A stretch of DNA of 32,000 nucleotides from Nostoc sp. PCC 7120 = FACHB-418 (GTDB taxonomy: Bacteria > Cyanobacteriota > Cyanobacteriia > Cyanobacteriales > Nostocaceae). The notes beneath the pieces were generated by a model, which saw only the letters and a program-made list of their open reading frames with translations, had not been told where the DNA came from and did not search any database. Location of the stretch: assembly GCF_000009705.1 (NCBI RefSeq), contig NC_003276.1, forward strand, positions 300,001 through 332,000, given 5' to 3'. The position numbers and the translations under genes were made by a program. The first letter of the stretch is position 1, and each line of letters begins with the position of its first letter. Shown piece after piece: positions 24,601-31,664 of the stretch.

Positions 24601-27600
24601 AAAATCCACGAACTGACGCGCAAAGTCCAAATCAACCAACCCACAGATGACGGACTCCCCGACTTTTTAGTTAACGATATCTTTGATGCAAACTTCACCC
24701 CTGATACACTCTACTTCAGTCAGGGAGGAACAGCACCCGTCAACGCCATCACCAACGCCACATCTGACGCACCTGCAACCCTCGGCGACCTCAGTGTACA
24801 GATTTCCACCACCGTCAACGCAGGTTGGAATTATTTCCGCCTCGCTGACCCCAGTAATGCCCAATTTGATATTCAAAAGGTATTACGTGCAGATGGTAGC
24901 GAAGTCAAACTAGATAATGTGTGGACAACAGACCGCACCTTCCCCGCTACAGGTCGTCCCATCTACGAAAATATTCTGCATTTCCTTGATCGCAATTCTA
25001 CCGCAGGCAACACCACCTACACCGTCATCTACACCCCAGGCGGCCCCAGCATCACAGATATTATAGATGTCAGCCCAGACCCCCGTTCCACAGCAGTCAA
25101 CGCCATCACTGTTGACTTCTCAGAAGCAGTTAAAGCCGATACATTTGATATCAGCAATATCACTTTAACTCTTGACGGTGGGGCAAATCTGATTACTTCT
25201 GGTGTGGGGATTGTTGCTCAATCTCCTACCCGCTTCCAAATTATTGGACTGAGTAACTTAACTAACTTAGATGGCACTTATCAACTCACTGTTAACGCCG
25301 CAGGCATTGCAGATATTGGGGGTAAACTGGGTGCAGGTGCAGTCAGTGAAACATGGATTAAAACAGCCACAGGTAACGCTGATACCACTGCGCCTATTGT
25401 TACCGATGTTGTCGATTTATTAGCCAAAACCCGCAATCAACCTGTATCATCACTCAATGTCACATTCAGTGAAAAAATTGACCTGAGTACCTTCAATTGG
25501 CAAGATATCACCCTCACTCGTAACGGCGGTGCGAATTTAATTACCAACGCTGTCACTATCTCTGCCATCAACGATACTACCTACCGCATCAACGGACTGA
25601 GTGGCTTAACTACAACAGATGGCAACTATACCCTCACGGCCAACGGTAGTGGTATTCAAGATTTATCTGGTAACGCAGGTACTGGTACACAGTCAGAAAC
25701 TTGGGTGATGGATACTGTAGCACCCACTGTTCCCAGCAATATTTCTGTGACAGCTACCCCATCCCCAGCTAGTCTGCAAACAACCTCAGCTAGTTTGGGA
25801 GTCCTCAACCAATTCGGACAAATTCGGGTTAACAGTACCTCTGTAACTGTCACTGGTGATTTGGGTGAAACAGGTTTGCGTGTTTCCTTAATTGATAAAA
25901 CCACATCCCAAACCCTGGGACAGGCCACTGTCACCGGCACCAGCTTTAGCAGTAACATTCAACTACTATCTCCTGGTAATAGAGATGTAGATTTACAAGT
26001 ACAAGACGTAGCCGGAAACATCACGACAACTACCCTCAGCTTGTTCGCCGATATCACTAAACCTACCATTACCGACTTCCTCAACGTTCCCCAAAATTCT
26101 GTTACTACTCCCGTCAACTTTATTGATGTCCGCTTCTCCGAACAAATTAATCTGAATACCTTCGACAGAAACGATATCACCCTCAGCCGTAACGGTGAAA
26201 ATCTGACCCTTCCCAACACTGTCACAGTTGAATATCTCTCCGGCACAACTTACCGCATCAACGGCTTAAGTAACTTCAACACCCCTGGAACTTACCAATT
26301 ACAGGTTGATGCAACAACAGTTCAAGATAACGCTGGTAATAGCGGTGATGCTGCCAGAACCACCACCTTCACCATTGCTGCACCTCCTACCCCTGGCGTT
26401 ACCATAACTCAAAGTGGTGGCAGCACAGCAGTCATTGAAGGTGGTAACACTGACAGTTACACCCTAGTTCTGAGAACCCAACCCACAGCTGATGTTACCG
26501 TCACCCTGAACACAGGTAGTCAAATTACCACCGATAAAACCACTCTCACCTTCACATCCGCTAACTGGAATACTCCCCAAACAATAACCGTTAACGCAGT
26601 TAACGACACCATAACCGAAGGAAATCACACCAGCACCATCAGTCACAGTATCAGCAGTACAGATACCAATTACAGCAATGTTACTCTCCCCGATATTGCT
26701 GTCAGCATCACTGATAACGATGCCGAAATTCGCGGGATGAAATGGAATGACATTGATGGCGATGGGGTAAAAGATACTGGAGAACCAGGGTTACAAGGTT
26801 GGACAATTTACCTCGACAGCAACACTAACGGACAATTAGACAACGGCGAAATCTCTACTACTACCGACGCTAACGGTAATTATCAATTTACCAACCTGCG
26901 CCCTGGGGTTTACACTGTTGCGGAAGTACAGCAACCAGGATGGAAACAAACTTTCCCCGGTACTAATATCACCACCACTAACGCTGATATTCCCTTGGCT
27001 ATTCCCAGCTTAGATATGATTTCCCCTGGTGATAGTAACGGGATACAACTTAACTTTAGTGCAGCTAATTATATAGTCAAGGAAGATGGCACGGCCATCA
27101 CAGAAGTTTGGGTAACTCGCACAGGTAACACCAGTAGTGCAGTTAGCGCAACACTTAGCTTTACTGATGGTACTGCCACTGGGTGCGGGTGTGGGGCTAG
27201 TTCCGTCAATAATGATTTCAATAATGTGCCGTTTACGATCGCATTCGCAGAAAATGAAACTAGCAAACTCATCTCCGTACAAAATGCCCTCTTAGCTAAT
27301 CCTAACGCCATCAAGATTCGCAATGATAGCAAAGTCGAGGGCAATGAATATTTCACCATTAAGCTGACTAACCCCACAGGTGGCGCGGTGATTGGAAATC
27401 AAAGTATAGCCACTGTTACAATTATTGATGACGAAGCCCCATCTGATATTACCGTCACCCCTCCCCTAGAAACTCCTAGTACCACAATTACCAGTGCAGT
27501 AGACTCTCAAGCGATTTACTTAATTAATCTGAATAATTTCTGGGCAGATAGTCGCTTTGCTAACATCAAAGGTAATGATTTCACAAGCGTCATTATTGAT

Positions 27601-30600
27601 ACTGGGATTGATTTAAATCATCCCTTCTTCGGGGCTGATACTGACAATAACGGCATTGCTGATAAAATCGTCTATCAATATGACTTTGCTGATAACGATG
27701 CAGACGCAAGTGACAGAAACAATCATGGTTCTCACATTGCCAGCATCTTTAGCAGTGTTGCGCCTAACTCCGATATCATCGTCTTAAAGGTCTTTAAAGA
27801 TAACGGTGCTGGTAGTTTTGCAGATTTAGAAAAAGCCTTACAATGGGTTGCGGCTAACAGCAATACATATAATATTGCATCTGTCAACCTTTCCATTGGT
27901 GATAGCCAAAACTGGACAACAGCTACCGGACGTTATGGAATTGGGGATGAATTAAGTGCGATCGCCTCCAATAACATCATCATCAACGCCGCCGCCGGAA
28001 ATAGTTTCTACCAATACACAAGCAATCCCGGACTAGCTTACCCAGCTATAGATCCCAATGTCATCGCCGTTGGTGCAGTTTGGGCGGATAACTTTGGCGG
28101 GCCGAAAAACTTCGTCGGTGGGGCAATTGATTACACTACCACGGCTGACCAAATCGCTAGTTTCTCCCAACGTCACCCAGAATTATTAGATATCTTTGCC
28201 CCAGGTATCTTAATTACAGGTGCAAACGCCAACGGTGGTACAACTACTCTGGGAGGAACTAGCCAAGCTACTGCTTACCTTACAGGTGTAGCAACTCTCG
28301 CACAACAGATAGCCCAAGAAAAACTGGGTCGGAAACTGACAGTTACAGAGTTCCGTAATCTCCTGGATACAACCAGTGTAATTATCAACGACGGTGATAA
28401 TGAAAATGATAATGTTACGAACACAGGATTTAACTACCCCCGCGTAGACTTATTGAAACTTGCGGAAGCTATTCTTAGCCTCACTGGTACAACTCCTAAC
28501 CCCGATCCTGTCAATCCAGGTAACAACAATAACAACAACGGTACTACCACATCAGACAATACCATTAACCAAGTCCACACTGTCAACCTCGCCGCCGGAC
28601 AAGTCCGCACAGACGTTGATTTCGGTAATCAACAAATTATCACCAATCAAGCACCCACAGTTGCCAATGCGATCGCTGATCAAATCATCAACGAAGATGC
28701 CAACTTTACTTTTGTCATCCCAGCCAACACTTTTGTTGATGCCGATGCTGGTGATGTTCTGACTTACTCTACAACTTTACCGAGTTGGCTGACTTTCAAC
28801 GCCACAACTCGCACATTTAGTGGGACTCCTGGAAATAGTAATGTGGGGACAGTGAATATCACAGTCACAGCCACTGATAGTACTGGGGCAAGTGTAGATG
28901 ATAGCTTCACCCTGACAGTAGCTAATACTAATGATGCACCAATTTTGGGTCTGGCGATCGCCGACCAAAGCACCGCATCAAATACCCCCTTCACATTCCA
29001 AATTCCCCTCAACACCTTCAGCGATATCGATACGGGTGACACGCTGACTTACTCTGCAAAATTAGTAGGCGATATCCCCTTACCAACTTGGCTAACTTTC
29101 AATGCCACAAATCGCACATTTAGCGGCATTCCGGGAAATGTTGATGTGGGTACACTGAATATTACAGTACAAGCGATCGACACCAGCAACGCGAGTATCA
29201 GTGATAGCTTTGTTCTCACTATTACTAACCTCATCAATAATATTGTTGGTACATCGGGTAACAATACCCTCGCTGGCACACCCAATAACGACAACATTCA
29301 AGGCTTAGGCGGTAATGACATTATCTTTGGGTTAGCTGGTAATGACACCCTCAATGGTGGTACAGGCTCAGATACCATGACTGGAGGGTTAGGCGATGAC
29401 ACTTACATCGTTGATAACAATGTCGATAAAGTAGTAGAAAACCTCAATGAAGGTATTGATACTGTTCGCTCATCAATTAGTTACACACTACTTGAAAATG
29501 TAGAAAATCTAATTTTAACTGGCACAAGTAACATCTCAGGCACAGGTAATATCTTAAGCAATATCATTACAGGCAACAGTGGCGCTAACACTCTTAATGG
29601 CAAAGCGGGTGATGATATTCTCAACGGCGAAGGTGGTAACGACAACCTCAAAGGGGAAGACGGGAACGATGTCCTCAATGGTGGTGCTGGCAATGATATT
29701 TTAGATGGTGGACTGGGTGACGATGTAATGACAGGTGGTGTCGGCAACGATATTTACTATGTTGATAGCAGCAATGACATTATCATAGATGAATTAAACG
29801 AGGGAACTGATACTGTCAATACCATTATTACTTGGACGCTAGGCAATCATTTAGAAAACCTGACTCTCATAGGTAGTAGTGCGATTAATGGTACTGGTAA
29901 TGCGCTGAAAAACATAATTATAGGAAACAGTGCCGATAATATACTGTCTGGTGGCGATAACGATGACATTTTGCGAGGCGGTGAAGGGAATGACACTCTC
30001 TATGGTGGTGCTGGGAACGACTCCTTAGACGGTGGTATTGGCAATGACTCCTTGAATGGTGAAGATGGCAATGACAACCTCAAAGGCGATGTAGGAAACG
30101 ATATCCTCAATGGCAATGCTGGCAATGATACTTTAGATGGCGGTCTTGGCGACGATGTAATGACAGGCGGTGCTGGCAATGATATTTACTTTGTTGATAG
30201 CAGCAATGACACAATCATAGAAGAACTCAATGAAGGAACTGACACTGTTAATGCCAGCATAAACTGGACATTAGGCAATAACCTAGAAAATCTCACTCTC
30301 ACAGGCAGCAATGGGATTAATGGTACTGGTAATGCGCTGAAAAATATTATCACAGGGAACAATGGTGATAATATCCTGTCTGGTGGTGATAACGATGACA
30401 CTCTCCGAGGCAATGCCGGGAACGATACTCTTTTTGGAGGTTCTGGGAATGACTCCCTCAGTGGCGGTATTGGCGATGATATCCTCAATGGCGCAGATGG
30501 CAATGATAACCTCAAGGGAGAAGCTGGCAATGATACGCTGGATGGAGGTGCTGGTAACGATTCCTTAGATGGTGGACTTGGTGACGATGTAATGACAGGT

Positions 30601-31593
30601 GGCGCTGGTAATGATACTTACTTCGTTGATAGCAGCAATGACACAATCGCAGAAGAAACTGATGGGGGAAGTGATACTGTTAATGCTAGTGTGAGTTGGA
30701 CATTAGATGATAATTTAGAAAATCTCACTCTCACAGGCAGCAATGCTATTAATGGGACTGGTAATGCGCTGAGAAATACCATCACAGGTAACAGTGCTGA
30801 TAATATCCTGTCTGGTGGTGATAACGATGACACTCTCAGAGGAAATGCTGGCAACGATATTCTCAATGGAGGTGCTGGTAACGATTCCTTAGATGGTGGA
30901 CTTGGTGACGATGTAATGACAGGTGGCGCTAGTAATGATACTTATTTCGTTGATAGCAGCAATGACACCATCATAGAAGAAGCTGATGGGGGAACTGATA
31001 CTGTTCGTGCCAGTATTACGCTAACTTTAGGCGACCACTTAGAAAATCTCATCTTGATCGGTAATAGCCCAATTGATGGTACTGGTAATGCTTTAAGAAA
31101 TAATATTACTGGTAATGTCGCAAACAACATCTTATCTGGTGGTGCTGATAATGACACCATAATCAGTGGAGATGGAGATGATACGCTTTATGGCGATAGT
31201 GGTAATGATACTTTAACTGGCGGGAACGGCAACGATATACTCGTGGGTGGTATGGGTAGTGATCGCTTGACTGGCGGTAATGGTAAAGATACTTTTGCTT
31301 TCTCTGCTCCAATTACCGATGGCATCGACACGATTACAGACTTTAATCCCCTTGACGATCTCCTTCGTGTTGACGCTGCTGGATTTGGTGGTGGGCTTGT
31401 AGCTGGTACTCTGCTTGCAAGTCAGTTTGTTTTGGGTACAGCAGCCAAGACTACAAGCGATCGCTTTATTTATAATCAATCCACAGGTGCGTTATTCTTT
31501 GATGTTGACGGCACAGGTTCTAGCAGTCAAGTTCAGATTGCTACTCTATCGAATAAACCTGTGATTAATGCGACGAATATCTCGGTAATTTAA
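15700..31593 (+). CDS. giant multidomain RTX/T1SS-type exoprotein with an embedded S8 protease (3' part of the disrupted gene)
   Basis: 5297-aa ORF. Its frame is open from 15367, and the TTG start at 15700 is only the ORF-caller's choice. Contains Calx-beta, LamG, CARDB, TSP3-like, SdrD-B-like, subtilase, cadherin-like and GGxGxD nonapeptide repeats, plus a typical C-terminal T1SS region. Confidence 0.9.
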   Translation: MGEIDILQGGAGGDIYVIGNAATTFYDDGNTTTAGTTDYARIVGFNASEDIIQLTGPKSNYILGTSPINGITGTAIYINKPTGEPDELIAIIEGVTELNLNSNVFIEAQNESGLLSFSQATFSTPESNNATITITREQGTVGTVSVTLALTNGTATAPSDYDNSNIIVNFADGEISKTVTIPIVNDTIFEPNEIVNLTLINPTGGASLGTQRTATLTIVDNDARPGAIAFSAANYSVNENGTPVTAITINRTGGSDGAVSVTLTPSNGTAVAPSDFNSNPIIVNFANGETTKIVAIPIVNDTVSEPNETINLTLSNATDGATIGAQNTAVLTIIDNDPLPGTLAFSSSSYSTNEDGTPVAAVTITRTGGASGAVSVTLTPTNGSAIAPDDYSNTPITVNFANGETSKTVNLTQVSKALSFDGVNDYVNVGAKSGLEVSTDITIEAWINPTGSGSSTIEGGIIVNKEGEYEVARFSDGTIRWAFANNNPTWLWINTSYVAPLNQWTHIAVTYELGVIKTYSNGVLVHTYNGSGNIGDFHANEDDFRIGGRQIGNQLFQGSIDDVRIWNKARTQAEIQADLIRELTGKETGLIGYWNFNSINGTTVQDLTGNQNNGAVLEAQNVIGIVTTSLITDDSIYEPTETINLTLTNPTNGANLGTQKTATLNIVDNDAVAGIFQFNNVSYAINENGTLVTAVTLNRTGESDGAVSVTVNLSNGSAIASVDYDNTPITVNFANGETSKIVTIPIVNDNQFEPNETINLSLSNPTGGATVGTQNTAILTIVNDDLPQPGTINFNINNYTVNENGTASINLVRTGGSDGEVSVTLTPSDGTATAGSDYNNLPITVTFANGETSKTINLISQNQGLFFDGNDYVDNPANFSETKDTFTIELWANPTATRASTPETSSGVNAFFNQKYAIFPKQGLGTLGTSNDVYAGISIGTNGVTISEHTLNYMPSVLVYNTALSGWNHIALVYENKTPKLYINGQFIKAGLTSQYIVHPSSLFGGTSIRQEDWSFKGSIDDVRIWHKARTEEEIKAGLNRELTGNESGLIGYWNFNSINGNIVQDLSTNKNNGTFFGAQSTAGFSTSFIINDNIYEPIETVNLTLTNPTGGATLGTQKTANLNIVDNDAIAGTIQFSNANYAVNENGTAVNAVTLNRTNGSDGVVSVRINLTNGTATAGSDYNNSPITVNFADGENSKTVTIPIIDDSILESNESINLTLANPTNGATIGTQNSAVVNIIDNDLKPTLTVNITAEQLTEGNTIQGTVTRNTDTTEPLTVTLVNSDNTQITVPTTVTIPAGANSVNFSITAVDDNLIELPRNYSIIASAPGFISGSDSVGVIDNDAVTLSLTVDTTNINENGGKAIATITRNIVTDIPLVVQLSTSDTTEATVPATVTIAANQASATFEIQGVDDTIVDGTQAVIITARPIYTNTNVAVPTGNATANLNVVDNESPSLKLTIDRDLISETGTATAIITRNTNTDSALVVTLNSSDTTEATVPNTVTIAAGQTSATFTITGVSDGINDSSQNVTITAAANGLNSGTDSLEITDINVPDLTITNLQGIQPTYTGKQSQFTYTVANNGIIAASGSWKDRVYLSRDNKLDASDTLLGGFALGSAENPANLLSGTSYDRTVTYFAPRTPGQYYLIASTDTDNTVNEGVGIGENNNTTITPVTVTPAYRAIVSTDTETALAGNSVILRGQAISNSDNSPVAFEFVKVRVENKGTIREFDSFTDANGNFVRQFNPLPGEAGTYNINAYFPAFAAEDNAAEDQFTLLGMRFEQNDQFLQQVTQKIVEGTTFNGQVKLQNLSNVGLSGLTASIIDAPSNWIVEVTPQKTSLAGNEEITVNYNITVPDDSLLYDQLQIRLNTTEGVTATLPVTVNVEQILPRLVADTSSLQASMLRGGQTLVEFTVTNQGGIASGELDVLLPEASWLKLASPVEIPTLNPGESTKVSLLLQPSATQELTVYNGDLVIAGAETSLRLPFNFRAVSEAKGNLNINVVDELFFFAEGSPRLENATITLIDPFNGKVIFSQRDADGILSFTDLVEGYYTLRINADNHDSYQQNIYIGAGETENIQAFLSRQTVKYTWTVTPTEIEDRYTISVQSTFETDVPIPVVTINPPLIDLKDLQVIGQIMQIDMTVTNHGLIAANDIKLNFGSHPFYKIEPLINDVDILSAKSFLTVPIRITRIADFDTLPNGQSELSLASTPQVPCSISSSIIYSYPCGDIDVQRSTTIVINNVEGNCGGGLPSIGIGGGGAGGAGGAGGGVFVYSSTPIIYASNPCNTDPDNPPNEPDCNYPDMLDTFSDKYDDKRGTATAGYHHQVLCIAEKAAGNNWGQGFVKKILCQMANDLKNGRGSTRELDYLTDLIPPWIPVSSPGVPTTGDIGSLGAGGFHFIRDLLPGFTRAICNGSYNRSEHEGFFNQGVVPCFNEVAASGEMSQFAADIAQRVVPDGADLMVTYLTARKDDGTLNCSGFGSQSLIAETSPNLLPQNYQQIQPSSLTKDQLFSEELASSSVLKIEIDDLFFLSVGEQFQLKVSKNNLDGTISDLTSSLTGTQYFVVADNQISQISTDGLLSILSSSFPLVQFTPILYVIARNGDDFGIGQFAIQDSDNDGDGLADSYERKIGLDSNVSNNKNSDLDGDRLNDFYEALIYSNPLVKDTDGDGVDDGIEEQNGRDPNNPDPKDNTQGVCAQVKIQIDQEAVMTRAAFLGTLEIDNGNISNLENLSVTLQVKDAQGNIVNDLFGITNPVLKNITAVDGTGILIKDDPTTTVDEGIGSAQWTFIPTNLAAPETATQYSIGGTLSYKENGTTVTVPLLSTPITVYPQAELYLDYFHQRDVFADDPFTNDIIETSVPYSLAVLVRNEGKGEAKNLKITSGQPKIVDNEKGLLIDFQIIGSEVNGTGVSPSLTVNFGNIAAGQTAVADWLLKSSLQGKFIDYKATFEHINNLGKAELSLIKDVKIHELTRKVQINQPTDDGLPDFLVNDIFDANFTPDTLYFSQGGTAPVNAITNATSDAPATLGDLSVQISTTVNAGWNYFRLADPSNAQFDIQKVLRADGSEVKLDNVWTTDRTFPATGRPIYENILHFLDRNSTAGNTTYTVIYTPGGPSITDIIDVSPDPRSTAVNAITVDFSEAVKADTFDISNITLTLDGGANLITSGVGIVAQSPTRFQIIGLSNLTNLDGTYQLTVNAAGIADIGGKLGAGAVSETWIKTATGNADTTAPIVTDVVDLLAKTRNQPVSSLNVTFSEKIDLSTFNWQDITLTRNGGANLITNAVTISAINDTTYRINGLSGLTTTDGNYTLTANGSGIQDLSGNAGTGTQSETWVMDTVAPTVPSNISVTATPSPASLQTTSASLGVLNQFGQIRVNSTSVTVTGDLGETGLRVSLIDKTTSQTLGQATVTGTSFSSNIQLLSPGNRDVDLQVQDVAGNITTTTLSLFADITKPTITDFLNVPQNSVTTPVNFIDVRFSEQINLNTFDRNDITLSRNGENLTLPNTVTVEYLSGTTYRINGLSNFNTPGTYQLQVDATTVQDNAGNSGDAARTTTFTIAAPPTPGVTITQSGGSTAVIEGGNTDSYTLVLRTQPTADVTVTLNTGSQITTDKTTLTFTSANWNTPQTITVNAVNDTITEGNHTSTISHSISSTDTNYSNVTLPDIAVSITDNDAEIRGMKWNDIDGDGVKDTGEPGLQGWTIYLDSNTNGQLDNGEISTTTDANGNYQFTNLRPGVYTVAEVQQPGWKQTFPGTNITTTNADIPLAIPSLDMISPGDSNGIQLNFSAANYIVKEDGTAITEVWVTRTGNTSSAVSATLSFTDGTATGCGCGASSVNNDFNNVPFTIAFAENETSKLISVQNALLANPNAIKIRNDSKVEGNEYFTIKLTNPTGGAVIGNQSIATVTIIDDEAPSDITVTPPLETPSTTITSAVDSQAIYLINLNNFWADSRFANIKGNDFTSVIIDTGIDLNHPFFGADTDNNGIADKIVYQYDFADNDADASDRNNHGSHIASIFSSVAPNSDIIVLKVFKDNGAGSFADLEKALQWVAANSNTYNIASVNLSIGDSQNWTTATGRYGIGDELSAIASNNIIINAAAGNSFYQYTSNPGLAYPAIDPNVIAVGAVWADNFGGPKNFVGGAIDYTTTADQIASFSQRHPELLDIFAPGILITGANANGGTTTLGGTSQATAYLTGVATLAQQIAQEKLGRKLTVTEFRNLLDTTSVIINDGDNENDNVTNTGFNYPRVDLLKLAEAILSLTGTTPNPDPVNPGNNNNNNGTTTSDNTINQVHTVNLAAGQVRTDVDFGNQQIITNQAPTVANAIADQIINEDANFTFVIPANTFVDADAGDVLTYSTTLPSWLTFNATTRTFSGTPGNSNVGTVNITVTATDSTGASVDDSFTLTVANTNDAPILGLAIADQSTASNTPFTFQIPLNTFSDIDTGDTLTYSAKLVGDIPLPTWLTFNATNRTFSGIPGNVDVGTLNITVQAIDTSNASISDSFVLTITNLINNIVGTSGNNTLAGTPNNDNIQGLGGNDIIFGLAGNDTLNGGTGSDTMTGGLGDDTYIVDNNVDKVVENLNEGIDTVRSSISYTLLENVENLILTGTSNISGTGNILSNIITGNSGANTLNGKAGDDILNGEGGNDNLKGEDGNDVLNGGAGNDILDGGLGDDVMTGGVGNDIYYVDSSNDIIIDELNEGTDTVNTIITWTLGNHLENLTLIGSSAINGTGNALKNIIIGNSADNILSGGDNDDILRGGEGNDTLYGGAGNDSLDGGIGNDSLNGEDGNDNLKGDVGNDILNGNAGNDTLDGGLGDDVMTGGAGNDIYFVDSSNDTIIEELNEGTDTVNASINWTLGNNLENLTLTGSNGINGTGNALKNIITGNNGDNILSGGDNDDTLRGNAGNDTLFGGSGNDSLSGGIGDDILNGADGNDNLKGEAGNDTLDGGAGNDSLDGGLGDDVMTGGAGNDTYFVDSSNDTIAEETDGGSDTVNASVSWTLDDNLENLTLTGSNAINGTGNALRNTITGNSADNILSGGDNDDTLRGNAGNDILNGGAGNDSLDGGLGDDVMTGGASNDTYFVDSSNDTIIEEADGGTDTVRASITLTLGDHLENLILIGNSPIDGTGNALRNNITGNVANNILSGGADNDTIISGDGDDTLYGDSGNDTLTGGNGNDILVGGMGSDRLTGGNGKDTFAFSAPITDGIDTITDFNPLDDLLRVDAAGFGGGLVAGTLLASQFVLGTAAKTTSDRFIYNQSTGALFFDVDGTGSSSQVQIATLSNKPVINATNISVI
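16036..16932 (+). other. Calx-beta domain block 1 (three repeats)
   Basis: Repeated pattern: F..A.YSV.E.G..V...V.R.GG..G.VSVT......GTA....DY......V.FA.GE..K.V.IPI.ND...EP.E...L.L.NP.GGA.LG.......L.I.DND. Confidence 0.75.
16933..17586 (+). other. LamG / concanavalin-A-like lectin domain 1, nested inside a Calx-beta repeat
   Basis: ALSFDGVNDYVNV...ITIEAWINP...WTHIAVTY...LFQGSIDDVRIWNKARTQAEI. Flanked by ...GETSKTVNL and LITDDSIYEPTETINLTL. Confidence 0.7.
18274..18963 (+). other. LamG-like domain 2, nested at the same Calx-beta position
   Basis: GLFFDGNDYVDNP...FTIELWANP...WNHIALVY...FKGSIDDVRIWHKARTEEEI. Flanked by ...GETSKTINL and FIINDNIYEPIETVNLTL. Confidence 0.7.
20362..20735 (+). other. 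CARDB-like domain
   Basis: PDLTITNL...FTYTVANNGIIAASGSWKDRVYLSRDNKLDASDTLLG...PGQYYLIASTDTDNTVNEG. Confidence 0.6.
22348..23133 (+). other. Cys-rich module of unknown function with an internal poly-Gly/Ala tract
   Basis: 10 of the 13 Cys residues in the 5297-aa ORF fall within these 262 residues. GGCGGTGCT occurs three times at 22480-22506. Locally AT-rich. Confidence 0.6.
23545..23775 (+). other. thrombospondin-type-3-like Asp-rich calcium-binding repeats
   Basis: DSDNDGDGLADSYE...DLDGDRLNDFYE...DTDGDGVDDGIEEQNGRDPNNPD. Confidence 0.65.
26725..26960 (+). other. SdrD-B / Cna-B-like domain
   Basis: EIRGMKWNDIDGDGVKDTGEPGLQGWTIYLDSNTNGQLDNGEISTTTDANGNYQFTNLRPGVYTVAEVQQPGWKQTFP. Confidence 0.7.
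27560..28330 (+). other. subtilisin-like (S8) serine protease domain
   Basis: Catalytic triad contexts: VIIDTGID (Asp codon 27598-27600), NHGSHIAS (His 27724-27726), GTSQATAY (Ser 28261-28263). Oxyanion AAGNS. Confidence 0.85.
28645..29229 (+). other. two cadherin-like (dystroglycan-type) Ig repeats
   Basis: NQAPTVANAIADQ...F.IP.NTF.D.D.GD.LTYS...LP.WLTFNA..RTFSG.PGN..VGT.NITV.A.D occurs twice. Confidence 0.7.
29235..31290 (+). other. RTX (hemolysin-type calcium-binding) repeat region built from ~108-145-aa super-repeats
   Basis: Dozens of GGxGxD nonapeptides. The block GGLGDDVMTGG.GND.Y.VDSSND.I.E....G.DTV recurs at about 29703, 30139, 30571 and 30895. Confidence 0.9.
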
Positions 31594-31626
31594 TCACTGA
31601 ATTAACGGAATTTATGTTTAAGACTG

Positions 31627-31664
31627 TTTTGCCCTTAGCCAAGAAGCAAGGGCAAAATTTATTT
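31627..31664 (+). terminator. rho-independent terminator of the giant gene
   Basis: 10-bp stem ttttgccctt/aagggcaaaa (31627-31636 / 31648-31657), 11-nt loop, then TTTATTT. Lies 34 nt after the stop codon. Confidence 0.75.

Noticed and set aside
16401-31479. About 30 short ORFs on both strands within 15700..31593, for example 16401..16667(-), 22445..22771(+), 23689..24228(-), 28460..28762(+) and 29481..31160(-).
   Set aside because: All are nested in the single 15.9-kb open frame, whose domain content is coherent throughout. Their compositions (poly P/S/L or V/L/I runs) are typical of repeat-DNA shadows.
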